Shown here one piece after another: positions 1 to 13,293 of a stretch of 64,000 bases of DNA (within the stretch, counting starts at the first letter, position 1; each line of letters begins with the position of its first letter). The notes below the pieces were generated by a model. The model worked only from the letters and a program-made list of their open reading frames with translations. It did not search any database and was not told the DNA's origin. Source of the stretch: Epithemia pelagica (Eukaryota; Protista; Bacillariophyta). The stretch is from assembly GCA_946965045.2 (NCBI GenBank), contig OX337241.1:1240001-1304000 (forward strand), given 5' to 3'. A program made the translations under genes and the position numbers.

Positions 1-1561
1 TGCATTCAATGGAACCTTGTGCGTTTCGCATTGTGTTGTAAAGGTCCTTTGCGTAAACGCCAGAGTCAAGTCTCTCTCCGTGACATTCATGAGCTCGGCC
101 AAGTCGGCAAGCTCTGCCTTGGTACTAACCACTGAGTGATCGTGATCGGCTGGATCGGGCGAAAACCCAATGTTTCCCAATTGCAATACCACACATACAG
201 CCTGCATCAATGTCGTGAGGAGTTGGTCCTTGACATTGATCAATTTCAAGGCACGCAAGGTTTCTTCAAACTGCGACTCATCATCAAGAGGATCCATATC
301 GGACGTATCCGTTCGGCGCTTGTGCAAAGGATTCACTGGTGCCGTGGCGCCGACATATCCAAAAGATGAGGCCGTGGCATGGTCCAATTTGTGCCAAAAT
401 TGTGCCCTGTCCGGACTGGCCAAGAGTTGGTAGAAAATGTGAAAGTTGCGTTCTGAATCTTCATGCTGTACGACACGATTCTTTTCCAACAAGTATACCT
501 CACACTTGCTTCCCACCAAGGCACAATGACGGCTGCGATTGCCCGTGTCCAACATGGAAGAATCATTGCCACTGCTACTGGTCTTGGACCAATCAAATTG
601 CAACTGCAAATACTTTCCGAATCGTGAAGAGTTGTCGTTGCGACGCGTCTTGGCATTGCCAAAGGCTTCCAACAAGGGATTTGAATCCACAATACGCTGG
701 ACAATGGGGTCATTCTGGTTGCTATAGTCCGTGCCGTATTGAGCCTCTGGTCCCCGTTGTGTGCTGGCAATGTGATTCAAGCAAATCTTGACCGTTTCTG
801 TCTTGCCTGCTCCCGATTCTCCAGATACAAGAATCGACTGATGCTCTCTACCGTACTCCCCACCAATGGTCAAACCCTTGTAGGCCAAGGCCGATACTTC
901 GTAAACATGTGGCTCCATACTCGCTCGTGGATCCTCCTCAAGATTCTGATCCCACACAAGGCGATGAGAGTAGTAGACACGCTTCTTCTCCGTGTACAAG
1001 TCCGAATACCATTGGTACGGATTAACGGCAATCACAATATCTCCTGTACGTGTGTATGGCTTTTCAGACAGATGACGCTTCTTAAGATTGTACAAGAGAG
1101 CAGCCTGTCGGAGCGTACCATGCAGCAACGAAAAGGTTGTGAGAGACACTTTTCGTACAAGGACACAAAACGACAACAACGACGACGAAATGCATTTTGA
1201 CACTAGAAAAACGTACCTCGTGCATAAACGGAAGGGAAACCATGTCTGGGAAATCTTGAAGGTTTCCATTGACATCGACATTTTGCATGGGCAACAAACC
1301 ATTGGGATAGTCGGAAAGATCCACCTCTTCTTCCCTTGAGTATTTTTGAGTTTTGCGACTTCCGCATTGAACCATTTGTTGCTCTGTCTTGAACAAGGGC
1401 CTCACAACCGTCGCTCGGGATGGTTCGCCATGCTCATCTGTTGTGGCCTTGACCTGAATGGCTGGAATCCAGGAATGATCTTTGGAACGAAGGTACACAT
1501 ACGTGTTCTTGTTGCCCTTTCCGGCTGCTTCGTCCTGTTGATTTCGTGACGTTCTTGCCAT
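1..1561 (-). CDS. Myosin heavy chain, paralog 1 (3' part runs off window). Exons 1561-1217 and 1104-<1
   Basis: N-terminal SH3-like exon ends LPFMHE|GTACGT; acceptor CAG at 1107-1105. Exon 2 reads AALLYNLKKRH...GESGAGKT (P-loop)...NPLLEAFGNAKTRRNDNSSRFGKY (switch I)...YLLEKNRV and is open to position 1. Confidence 0.93.
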
Positions 1562-2374
1562 GGTAACGAGTCGATCAAACCTCCTTGTGTCCTGTAATAG
1601 AATTTATGGAGGGAAAAGTATGCAAGAGGAGCCAAAGAAGCAAACGTCGAGACTCTCTAAATCAATGAATGGGTGAAGGGATCTTGCCAGATCCAACAAA
1701 AAATGAAGATGATTGGGATCGATTGATTCCTTTTTTCTGTTATTGCCCACCCAATTCATTATGGGACCCTGGGAATGAGCGGGCTTAGCTAAAACGATGG
1801 TGCCAACTGGTTGTCATCACTCGCAACAGGTTCACTTAGCCGACGCGATTTCGCAGGGAAAGATTGTCCTACACAATAATTATACAAGCTCTGTTGACTG
1901 GTTGGGTGGGGAGTACTTTTCTCCCAAGACAAGACATGAATGCGAGGCTGATTTGTCTCTTGGGCAATTCTATTTTGGTCTTGATCTTGTATCATTAAGA
2001 GATTTCTCGATCCTTCTCCACTACTTATTACTTATGGAATGCATCCCCCAACCACTATGCGAATTTTGATAGATCCGGATTCTCATTCAAAGAAAGAGCG
2101 AAACAACAAACAACGTCTTGTAACACAAGGCATTTCTTTGTAAACGGATCTGTCGGGACGCAGCTAAGCTCAGGAACTGCTTTGCGTTTTCAATCTATGA
2201 ACAATCCATCTCAGAACAGAACAAAAGAGGCAGCGATGTGTATTGATTTGTCTTTTTTATCAGGCTAGAGTATTCTTTAACGATCATATGTATGTAGTTG
2301 AGTTTGGTAGTACAAAAAGAGGTGCACTAGGCTCAGCCTCATAGTTACGACATGGGAAAGGAGTGCGTGCTCGG

Positions 2375-5300
2375 TTACATTCCTTCTCCAGTTTCGGCTT
2401 CCAATGCTGCCATGATTGCCTTGGCTTCGGCCTCGCATTCCAAAGCAATGACAACGGTATCTTCGACCAGTTGTTGTTCTTTGCTCTTGTCTTGGATCAT
2501 GTTCAAGATCCGTGCCATGGTCTTTTGGTATTCCAAACGTGTCTCTGCTTGTGCCATGTAGTCTTCTTGCTTGGCCATGCACTTTTCTTTCAACTTCTTG
2601 TTGTCCTTCTTGGCCTTTTCCAACGTTGCTGTCAAGTCCTCGTTCTTACTGTGAACGCGTCCAGTAGTTTCGTTCAAGTCATCAAAGTCGTTTCCAGTTG
2701 TTTCATTCGCTTCGATGAGTTTGTCGTTATTCTCCTTGACAACATCGTACTTGCTCTTGACCTTCTCATTGTCCTTGCGAACCTTCTTGTTTTCTTTCTT
2801 CAAGAACTCAATAAGTTTGGTGTTCTCTTCGATCTTCTTCTTTTGTTGTGCCGCAAGCTTCTTGGGTTCCATGAGAGCTTTCTTGGCTTCTTCGCTCGTC
2901 TGTTCTCGAAGAGCCTCAATCTCTTCTTGGGCCTTGGCCTTTCGGTCCGCGATTTCAGCGAGTTTTTGACGCTTTTCTTCATCGGATTCTTCCATTTTTC
3001 TCTTGATATCATCGATCTTGCCCTTGTATTCTGATCGTTGGCTCTTGCGCTTTTGGTCGCGTTCCTTCTTTTCCGCCTCGAATCGAGCTTTGCGTTCGGC
3101 CGCTTCCCGTTCTTCGGCTTCTTTCTGAGCCCGGATTTTGTCGGCATTGCCCCTGACCAAATCCGCAAGTTGCTTTCGGACCACGTAGCCACGTGCATAC
3201 TTTTGAATGGTTGTGGCTTGGGAGTCAAGACCAGTGGATCGGTTGGATTCGAGGTATTCCATGGCTCCGGCACGGAAAAATGTCTTGGTCTTTCCAACGA
3301 TAAAGGCTTTCTTGACATTTCCATTCTTGTCAACTGTTTCCTTGGGTTTGAGGGCGCACGACAAAATAGCGTCGGCGTCACAGGCCGCAGCCTTTTCATT
3401 GTCCATACTCAGAGTCTTGGCCGACGGGTACGCGTTCTTGTCCCACATGTTACCGTATCGGAAACGGACACCGTTGTTGTCCAACCGATTGGGAAAGGCG
3501 GAACGAGCCAAGGTCACGGCAGCGACCACACCAGCGCATCGAAGCTGTTCCACAGTAGGAATGTGTTCCATAAGAGTAGGCTTCTTCTTCATGTTGGGCT
3601 TGATGCACCGAATGTAACGCGATTGAGTCTTGCGAAGGTTGGACATGAGGGAGGCCAATTGCGTCTTGTATTTGCCCCAAACAGTTTCGGCCACAATGTT
3701 ACTCTTTTGACGCTTGGGAGGTCCGCGACGGCCTCCACTGGACTCCTTTTGCGGTTCCGCAACTTCAATCTTTTTTGAGACAATTTCGTTGGACGACTTG
3801 TGCATGAGGTCCTCAAGATCGGTGGGCAAGGTATCTTGATTGCTTGTCACAAAGCCTTCCGCGTCGTACATGACCTTACCGGCATAGTGATGGATACCAA
3901 AGGACATGCGGTCCGTCTTGTTGGTGATCAAGCAAGGCGATGTCTTGTTTTGTTGGAGGGCCTTTTGGACAAATTCAAAGTCGTTACCCTTGGGACGGAT
4001 ACATTCTTCGTTGAGCATGGCAAGGAGACCAGTACGGCCTTCAATCAAGTCCAACACATCTGTGTTGTCATCGTATTGAATCTCGGCGAGGGCAATTCCT
4101 TCCGCTTCGTATTCGGCTTGGACGGAACGGAAGACGTCCTCGGTAAACTTTTGCTGAAGCTTCTCGTTGGCGTAGTTGATACAGAGCTGTTCGAAACGAT
4201 TGCGAACAAAGGATTCGAAACCAAAAATATCCAACATACCCACAATACCAAAGTCATCCATGGAGCCATTCTTGTAGTTGTCTTCGGCGCATGTGGCCGC
4301 GTTAATTTCCTTGACCACCCACAAGAAAATCTTCCCGTACACCTCCTTGGCAAAGGCATCGGCGGCATCTTGGGCAAACTCCTCACTGAGAGGGACCTTG
4401 TAGGTTTCCGTCTTGGTCCTCATGGTACGTTCCGTGAAACCCAATGTAAGATCTTCGGCCGTCACTCCCATGAGGTCCGCCAAATCCGCGGCAGCCTTGG
4501 CCGATGTGATTTCGGACTTGTCCTTGTCTCCACCCTTGGCACCAAAGGTCAAGTTCCCACTTTGCAAGACGACGCAAATGGCGCGCATGAGGGCGGTCAA
4601 CTTGGCCCCTTCCACACCCACCAGGGCCAAGGTTTTGACGGTGTGTTCAAAATGTTCGGCATCGGTCTTGCCTTCGACATCCTTGGTGGCCGAGGGTCCC
4701 ACATACTTGAAGGAGTTGCGGTTGGTCCCCTTCATGGGACCCCAGAATCCACCCTTGACATCATCGGGAGCGGCAATGATTTGGTAAAAAATGTGAAAGG
4801 TCCGTTCCTTTTCGTCGTGGACCGTAACACGATTCTTTTCCAACAGGTACACTTCACATTTGGACCCGGCCAACTTGCAGTTGGAACTCGCGGTACTGGC
4901 CATGCCACCCTTGTTGCGGTTATCAAATTGGAGCTGCAAATACTTTCCAAACCGAGACGAGTTGTCATTGCGACGAGTCGAGGCATTGCCAAAGGCTTCC
5001 AACAAGGGATTGGATTCCACGACACGTTGGACGACCGGGTCCAAGTGGGCCGAGGCCGTGTCCCCGCGAAGGAGATCAATCTTTTGCGGACCACGTTGGA
5101 CACTGGCCATGTGATTCATGGCAATCTTGACCGTTTCGGTTTTTCCGGCTCCCGATTCACCCGACACGAGAATGGACTGATCTTGGCTGCGGAAGGCTAA
5201 ACCCTTGTAGGCCAAGGAGGAGACTTCGTACACATGAGGCTCCAAGCCGTCACGGGGGTCCTTTTCCGTGGCCTCCCAGACCAATTTGTTTGAATAATAC

Positions 5301-5800
5301 GTGCGCTTATTTTCGGTATACAAATCGGTGAACCATTGAAAGGGGTTGACCGCAATCACAATATCACCCGTTCGAGTGTATGGCTTGCCAAGAATGTGAC
5401 GACGTTTCAAGTTGTACAAGATACCAGCCTGTAGTGACAACCAAACAGGAAACAAGGGTTAACAATATGGCCACAGATAAAACTTTAGGTTCCGAAAGAA
5501 GAACAAACTCACCTCATGCAAGTAGGGCAACTTGACCATATCGGGAAATTCTTGAATGTTTCCATTGTGATCGACATTTTGCAAGGGCAAGACATTGGCG
5601 GGATAATCCTTGAGGCTGACGCTTCCCTGTTCGCCCTTCTTTCCCGTATTGGCACCGCACATCATGGATTGTTCATCCTTGTATTCCGGCACCGCCACAA
5701 TGGCTTGGTCACCACGAGTTTCCTCCAAAATGGCCGGTCGCCATCCATACTCGGGATCCTTAATAAACACGTAGGCGGTTTGCTTGTCCTTCTTTCCCAT
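2375..5800 (-). CDS. Myosin heavy chain, paralog 2 (~1113 aa): SH3-like, motor, one IQ, charged helix/coiled-coil tail. Exons 5800-5513 and 5428-2375
   Basis: GESGAGKT, NDNSSRFGK, LDIFGFE, CIKPN and IQ-like IQKYARGYVVRK. Phase-0 intron 5512-5429 (GTGAGT...CAG) after LPYLHE; joined length 3342 nt is divisible by 3. Confidence 0.96.
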
Positions 5801-6447
5801 GATGATGCTGCTAGGTTTTGGCAATGGAACAGCAATTCAAATAGTCGACGAGTATCAATAGAGTGGGAGGTGTTGCCAAAATGTGACTATCTTGCGTTGG
5901 ACCTTTTCGAGAATCTGATGACCGACCTGTGACAGTTTTAGTTTCCTCAAGGGCCCCTTGGTGGAAGTTGGGGAGGACGGGAGAATTTCGTGTCGAACCC
6001 AAAACGCCCAAGCTTACAAAGCACCCTTCACGCTTCTTCCTGGGCAATAGTCAATGGTTGGTCTTGCCCCGTATTCGACTGTCCTTGGGACCCAAGACAC
6101 GACAGAGCCCGGTCAACAACTCCAAAACAAGAACAAGACCAAATCGTATCTTGTCTTTTCGCAGTTTCCCAACCAGCTTCCGGAAATACGGGCGGGGCAG
6201 GCGCGATAAAACTCCCCATCTAGCTAAGTTCTATTCAATTTACAAAATTCATTGTCGTATCGCTCTGGATTTCGATAGGGTGTACACCCATGTGATGTGT
6301 GACGTAGGTATTGTTTGATGGTTCAATGAGAGATTCAATGATGGTCATGGATCTTTTGACAGGTCGATCTTTCTTCGATTGGATACTGGTTGCTGTCGTC
6401 TCCTCTCCTTCTCTTGTAGTACTTGAAAGCGACGAAATCCAACAAAC

Positions 6448-7389
6448 ATGACGGCAGCTCTTCAATTGCTTTCCTGGTATGCATTCAGTTTGGGCCGTGG
6501 CATCACTCCACCATGGCATCGGTGCGTCGTCGTGTACCACCTAGGACCATTCCGTCCGGCCAGTCTGGTTCACGCACCGTCATGTTCCACATCCTCCTCC
6601 TCCTCTGCGGTTTTCCATGCCACGACGACCGTCTCCCACCAAGACCCGAACGAAGAAACCAAAGAATCGTCTTTCAAGGACTCTTCTTCTTCTTCTACCC
6701 TGAAACGGTATTACTTGCAAGGACAAACGCATCCATCCAGTCCCAGTGGCGTTGTCGTCCAAACACGGAATCCATCCTTGTCGTCATCGACCACCTCACC
6801 GTCGGGTGGTCCTTCTTCTCCTACGCATGTCATGGCCACGGATTTGCCTAGGGCCATGGGAGGTCACAATTTAGCACCCCAACCGGTCGAACTGTTGGTG
6901 GCCTCGTGGATGGGCTGTACGCAAGCCACGGCCTTGTTTGTCGCCCGTCAATTGCGTCGGTCACCACCATCATCACCATCACAAAATGACGACCACAAGG
7001 ACGACGACAAGGACGACGTGTTCTTCCAGTGGCGTCATGTTTCCTTGGACCGATTGGAATTTGTCAATATTACCGCCATTCGCGATGAACGCGGAGCCTT
7101 GCACGTGCCCCTGTCGGAACCCCCTCCCGTGCCGTCGCGATTGCTGGAAATTCAAGGAACGATTCGTGTCCATGTCCGCTCTACCCAACGACGACGACAA
7201 CGACCAACCACTGCCACCAAACCAGTATTATCCCAGGCCTCGCTCGACGTGTTGCGGCATCAAACGGAACAACGATGTCCCGTGGCCAATATGATCTTGG
7301 CCAGTGGATGTCCCATCCATGTCGATTGGATTCTGGTGCCAAACGACGACAACAACGACCAAAAAGACGACGACGACGACGACAATTGA
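6448..7389 (+). CDS. OsmC/Ohr-like peroxiredoxin-family protein with low-complexity N-terminal extension
   Basis: ATDLPRAMGGHNLAPQPVELLVASWMGCTQATA (first Cys) and QTEQRCPVANMI (second Cys), the OsmC/Ohr Cys-pair pattern. Confidence 0.8.
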   Translation: MTAALQLLSWYAFSLGRGITPPWHRCVVVYHLGPFRPASLVHAPSCSTSSSSSAVFHATTTVSHQDPNEETKESSFKDSSSSSTLKRYYLQGQTHPSSPSGVVVQTRNPSLSSSTTSPSGGPSSPTHVMATDLPRAMGGHNLAPQPVELLVASWMGCTQATALFVARQLRRSPPSSPSQNDDHKDDDKDDVFFQWRHVSLDRLEFVNITAIRDERGALHVPLSEPPPVPSRLLEIQGTIRVHVRSTQRRRQRPTTATKPVLSQASLDVLRHQTEQRCPVANMILASGCPIHVDWILVPNDDNNDQKDDDDDDN

Positions 7390-8986
7390 CGACTGGTCCG
7401 AAACATTATGGCTGGGATGGATCGATCGTCTCTCGGCACTCTCGTACTGGTTGTGGACACCCCCAACATCCACATCGTTGCGAGAGGAGGAGGAGGAAGA
7501 TGGGTCGCCAGCAAGCAAGAGCTCCACCGAACCATTACGGGCCGGGGTCAAGAGTCTCTCCAGGGCACACTCCTGCCACGGAGCCAGGACAACATCCTAT
7601 GCTATACTGTAACGCCTTGTCTGCCAGTGGATAATCTTTCCTCACCCCATGGTATTCGCCAGTTATTATTGAACCGTGTCGGGGTCCCAGGAATTGGAAT
7701 CTATATTATATTAGAATAATCCTGCTCTATATTTAGTTTGATCCAGTTTCCAGCATAAAGTCCAAGCACAGTCGTTTGGTCCCTCCGGAATTTTCGGGGA
7801 CAAGCTCGAGAGACACGGTTCTGTTGGACCGCAGTGATGGGTTCTGCCCAGGATGGAATCCTCCAGTGTTGTGGAACAACAAGATGCGAGTGCCCGTATC
7901 GCACGTATGTTTCCCAAAACGCTACTTGTGTTGGTGGGAGTCGTGATCGAACAATTGTATATAGGTCGTCGGTTTTGTTCGTCGTGTCCATGGATCGAGA
8001 CTGCTGCAACGATGGACCAACCAATGACCGAAACACACGACACCAAAAAGAACCAACCAACTCGATGTCGGCAATCCGTCAGTCGCAGTCCCAACGAGTG
8101 TTACCACCCATGAGGGCTTTTGTCGTGAGACTCGACGACGACAACAACAACAAGACTGTGTATCAGGAGGATAACTTGTCGGATCCAGTCGTGTTCTCCG
8201 TCGTACGTGTTGGTCCGTTCCGGAAAGAGAGACAGAGTACAGTTCTCGAAAGGAGAGGTTGGTATGGGTGGTTGGCTTGAGGAAAGAGACTTTCCCTTGG
8301 TGGTTCGGATTCTTGGATTCCACGACGAGTTCTGGACGACTAAAGAAGCGAAAGGACGGAGATGATACTACCAGCGTTCGGTTTTCGTCATGAACTCGTC
8401 ATTTGTTCCACCAGTCTCCCCTCATTCCAAACGTCCCTGTCTGGATACGTTCGTAGTTCAATCATAGTAGTAGGCTTGCCGAAGCAGTATCTCGGTTGGA
8501 TGGATCCAAGGAGGAGGATCTCTTCTCGACGACGCGGTCGAACGTCGAACGATACAAATCCCCAAGGAAACGAGAGTGTCACATAATCAGAGACTTGGTT
8601 GGCTGGCCTGGCGCACCGATACAAGATCAAGACTGCATGCTCCGTTCGGTACTATTGCCCCCAGGAGAGTTTTGCGCTTGTCCCTTCGTAACCAATTTTG
8701 TACTATCTGTATATCAACCCCGACCAAGTTTGAGGGGAGAAAAAGTCTACTGGGTAAAATGCCAGCTGTGTAGGTCATACTTCGCCCCCAAGACCCCCAA
8801 CAAGAGATCTTTTCTCAACATGTCCACACACAAGGCCCTGACTTTTTTCTCGTCGTTCGGGAGACAAAGACCACGAGGTCACAAATTTCAGTGATTGACC
8901 AAAACACACACACACAACCCTCCTCTTTTTCTTGAAACACCGGTCAACACAGTGACATACCAGAACGAAGCAAGATCAACATCATC

Positions 8987-11900
8987 ATGGGTGAAGGAAA
9001 GAAGAAAGATCCCCTCGTCTTTATCAAGGACTCCACCTATGGTTGGATTCCCGCCCAGGTGCAAAGTCAATCCGGTGACAAGGCGGTCGTCAAGGTCTTT
9101 AATTACCGGGACGAACAATCCATTACCTGCGATGGCGGAGCCAACGCCTCGGGTGCCGATGAAGAAACCATCAACCTCAAGGATTACGCACATGGTGTCT
9201 TGCCCTTGCAAAATGTCAATGGCAGCAACCGTCTCGTGGCCTACCCCGATATGGTCAAGCTCCCCTACCTTCATGAGGTACGCACGCTCTTGTCTCTTGT
9301 TATGTCTTCTCTCGTTCAAAAAAAGACTCTTCTCTGGAGCGGAACCATGAGTGATGCAAAGATTCGTCTTGTTGTTGCCTTAACTCACATATTCCTTGTC
9401 TCCTTTTTCCTTTTTCACAACAACAACAACAGGCTGGTATTTTGTACAACTTGAAAAAGCGCCATGCCGACGGAAACCCCTACACACGTACGGGTGACAT
9501 TATCATTGCCGTCAATCCCTTTCAATGGTTCAATGACTTGTACACGGAAAAGAAGCGTTCCTATTACTCCAACAAATTGGTCTGGGACAAGGACGATGAA
9601 AAGGATGCTCGAGAGGGCATGGAACCCCATGTCTACGAAGTCTCGGCCTTGTCCTACAAGGGCTTGGCCTTTGGCGGAGAAGATCAATCCATTCTCGTTT
9701 CCGGTGAATCGGGAGCGGGCAAGACGGAAACGGTCAAGATTGCCATGAATCACATGGCCAGTGTGCAACAGGGACCCGCCGGGGCCTCCTCCGGTGGATT
9801 GGACCCCGTGGTGCAACGTGTCGTGGATTCCAATCCCTTGTTGGAAGCCTTTGGCAATGCCAAGACCCGTCGCAATGACAACTCGTCCCGGTTTGGCAAA
9901 TACTTGCAATTGCAATTTGACAATAGCGAAGCAGCCGTCATGGCCTTTGGCGACAAATCCGTGTCCAAATGTCGTTTGGCCGGATCCAAGTGTGAAGTCT
10001 ACCTGTTGGAAAAGAATCGCGTCGTGGGTCATGATTCCGAAGAACGAACCTACCACATTTTCTACCAACTCCTCTGTGCGCCCGAAAGTGAAAAGACCAA
10101 GTACTGGGATGGCCTCCGCGGAACCAATTTGGACTCGTTCAAATACGTGGGTCACACATCGACCAAAAAAATTGAAGGCAAGACGGATGCCGAACATTAC
10201 GAACACACGGTCAAGACCTTGCAATTGATCAATGTGACGGGCGACAAACTCAAGAGTATGATGCGGGCCATTTGTGCCGTCATGCAACTGGGGAACATCA
10301 ACTTTAAGGAAAAGGGTGGCGATGCCGATTCCTGTGAGTGCAGTACGCCGGCCGAACTCAAGGCCTTGGCCAGTATCATTGGTGTGTCCGAAAATGACTT
10401 GACCTTGGCCTTTACCGAACGTACCATGAAGACCAAAACCGAAGAATACAAGGTGCCCTTGAACAAGACCTTTGCCAAGGATGCCTGTGATGCTTTGGCC
10501 AAGGAAGTGTACGGAAAGGTTTTCTTGTGGCTCGTCGAAGAAATCAACGCCGCTACCTGCGCCGAAGACAATTACAAGAAAGCCAACGTGCACAGCTTTG
10601 GGTTGATTGGTTTGCTGGATATCTTTGGGTTCGAATCCTTTGTGGTCAATCGCTTTGAACAATTGTGCATCAACTACGCCAACGAAAAGTTGCAACAAAA
10701 GTTCACGGAAGACATCTTCCGTTCCGTCCAAGAAGAATACGAATCCGAAGGAATCGAATTGGCGGAAATCTACTACGATGATAACACCGATGTCTTGGAC
10801 TTGATTGAAGGACGCTCGGGTCTCTTGGCCTTGTTGAACGAAGAATGTGTGCGTCCCAAGGGTAACGACTTTGACTTTGTCCAAAAGGCTCTTCAACAAA
10901 ACAAGGCCTCTCCTTGCCTCATCATCAACAAGCTTGACCGCATGTCGTTTGGTATCCACCATTACGCTGGAAAGGTCATGTACGACGCCGACCAATTTGT
11001 CTCGCGCAATCAAGACACCTTGCCCACCGATTTGGGAGATTTGTGCTCCAAGTCGGACAACTTTATCATTTCCTCCAACATTGATTCCACGGCGGCCCCC
11101 GCCAAGGAATCCTCCGGTCGGAGTGCCCCCAAGCGTACCAAGTCCAACCTGGTGGCACCCACGGTTTGGGGCAAATACAAGACGCAATTGTTCTCCCTCA
11201 TGTCCAACCTTCGCAAGACGTCATCTCGCTACATTCGATGCATCAAGCCCAACATGAAGAAAGTCCCCGTCATTATGGAACACATTCCCACCATTGAACA
11301 GCTTCGATGTGCCGGTGTGGTTGCTGCCGTGACCTTGTCCCGCTCTGCCTTTCCCAATCGAATTGAGAACTCGGTGGTCCGTTACCGCTACGCTTCGCAA
11401 TGGGATCCCAATGCCTGTCCCTCCAAGCGTAGCAGCAGCATGTCTCCTCAAGATGGTCAACGTGCGGATATCGATGCCATTCTCACCTATGCCCTCCGCG
11501 AGAAGGAGGTCCACGAAAAGGGACGCGTCGTCAAGGCCTTTGTCGTCGGAAAGACCAAGACGTACTTCCGTGCCGGTGCCTTGGAATTCTTGGAATCTCA
11601 CCGTTTGGAAAATGGTTTGGATGCTCCCGCCACTATTATCCAAAAGTACGCTCGTGGATTCCTGGTCCGTCACTCGTGGCAAGACCGGATGAAGGAGGCC
11701 ATGGAAGAAGAACGCCGAAAGAAGGAAGAGGAAGAGAAAAAGAAGCTCGAGGCAGCACGACGCAAGGCCGAGGAAGCCAAGAAGAAGGCTCAAGCCGAAG
11801 CCAAGCGCATGCGCGAAGAAAAGGCCAGACGCGAACGGGAAGAACAAGAGCGCCTCAAACGCGAGGAAGAGGAACGAAAGCGTCAACAGGAATTGGCCGA

Positions 11901-12612
11901 ACAAAAAGCCATCGAAGCCGAAGAGAAAGCCTTCCAGAAGGAGATCAAGAAGCTCAAGGAGCAGGTGAAGCAGATGGAACATGAACTCGAGGCTCGTGAG
12001 AAATCCAACTTGCAAAAGGTGAAAAAGGCCGAGGCTGAAGTTGATGCCATTGAAGGAGAACGCACTGCTCTTGAAGAAGAGCACAACGCGATTATGCGTG
12101 AGGCTGCCAAGATCGACAAGGCCGAAATTGCTACCGCACGTAAGAAGATTGAAGAGAGTGACAAGATCATCTCGTACTTGCGCAAGGAAAACAAGAAGGT
12201 TCGGGACGGCTCGGAAAAGATGAAGGACGACTTGCAAGAGTTGAAGGAACAAAACAACCGCCTCATCGAGGCCAACGCTTCAGCTGGTGCTTCGTTGGAT
12301 TCCTTGGAGAAGCAAAAGAAGAATATTGCCACTCACAACGCCAAATTGGACGACAACCTCAAGAAATGGAAGTCCCAGAACTCGCAACTCAAGGCAGACT
12401 TGGAAAACCGAACGGCCTATTACAAGGCAGAAACACGTATTCGTCAAGAGTACGAAAAGGCTATGGAGAAGATTGTAGAAATCATGGAAGGCAAATGTGA
12501 TGATGCCAGACTGATCGAAGATGTCAGCAACGCACAATTGCAATGTGAGGCAATAGCAGCGCAAAAGGGTGGTGGACCAGGACTCATGAGTTCCGATGTA
12601 TCGGACTTGTAG
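8987..12612 (+). CDS. Myosin heavy chain, paralog 3 (~1156 aa): SH3-like, motor, one IQ, ER/K helix, coiled coil. Exons 8987-9277 and 9433-12612
   Basis: Same motor motifs; intron 9278-9432 (GTACGC...CAG) after LPYLHE; IQKYARGFLVR; long E/K/R tract; joined length 3471 nt is divisible by 3. Confidence 0.96.
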
Positions 12613-12792
12613 ACACTTTTGGTGTTCATCTTCCTTTTGTTCAACTACCCCTCTGGTACCCTTACCCTCGGTGTATTAGCACCACCCCCTAAAATCCACG
12701 GTTCCCACGTATGACAAATATATTGTGTTAACTTATCACTTAGTAAAATTTGAATACATTACATCTCGATCAATTTACAATCTTGCGCATAC

Positions 12793-12885
12793 GATGTCGT
12801 GGATGACAACACAACCTCGTACGTGAGAAGAAATGTAGATAGGATGTCGTGGGTGACGACGCATCCTCGTACGTGAGAAGAAATG
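12793..12885. repeat. Imperfect tandem duplication, 43-bp unit with period 50
   Basis: GATGTCGTGGATGACAACACAACCTCGTACGTGAGAAGAAATG (12793-12835) and GATGTCGTGGGTGACGACGCATCCTCGTACGTGAGAAGAAATG (12843-12885). Confidence 0.85.
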
Positions 12886-13293
12886 GGATACAATTGGTCT
12901 GGATTGGCTATGACGGGGTGCACTTGAAGTAAATTCAGACGGAGTTCACAAATACTTCATTCGACATCAACTGTCAACATGACGGAGATTGTGTGCATGA
13001 TGCTATCATTTAGAGACTTGAACGCTTGGTGTCAACGTTCAATCGAGCATCTCTTTTCTCAATCATGAATCTCGCTTTGGAGATAGCGGATTGAGTGTGA
13101 ATGTACCCCCAGGATAAAAAGCATCTGCGGGATCGTTTTTCTTTCATGAAGAATTGTGCAACGCGTATCTTGAACCTGTGCCCAATGTTGAGCTTCCGCA
13201 ATGTCGTCAATAAAGCAGTAACTCACGTATTGCATCGAGAAAGTTCAACAACCGACAAAACTTAGCGAATCCCGTATCGTCCAATTCAACGTA

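Noticed and set aside
640-690. About 33 nt identical in all three myosins (TCCAATCCCTTGTTGGAAGCCTTTGGCAATGCC), suggesting gene conversion
   Set aside because: Encodes the near-invariant SNPLLEAFGNA with apparently preferred codons; flanking synonymous sites differ
2363-5200. Long plus-strand ORFs opposite myosin 2, and similar antisense ORFs over myosin 3, PPR, cysK and the Copia ORFs
   Set aside because: Shadow frames expected from codon bias on the coding strand; no domain motifs
7400-8830. Several short minus- and plus-strand ORFs between OsmC and myosin 3 that might be a decayed gene
   Set aside because: Stops in all frames, no recognisable motif and no consistent splice model
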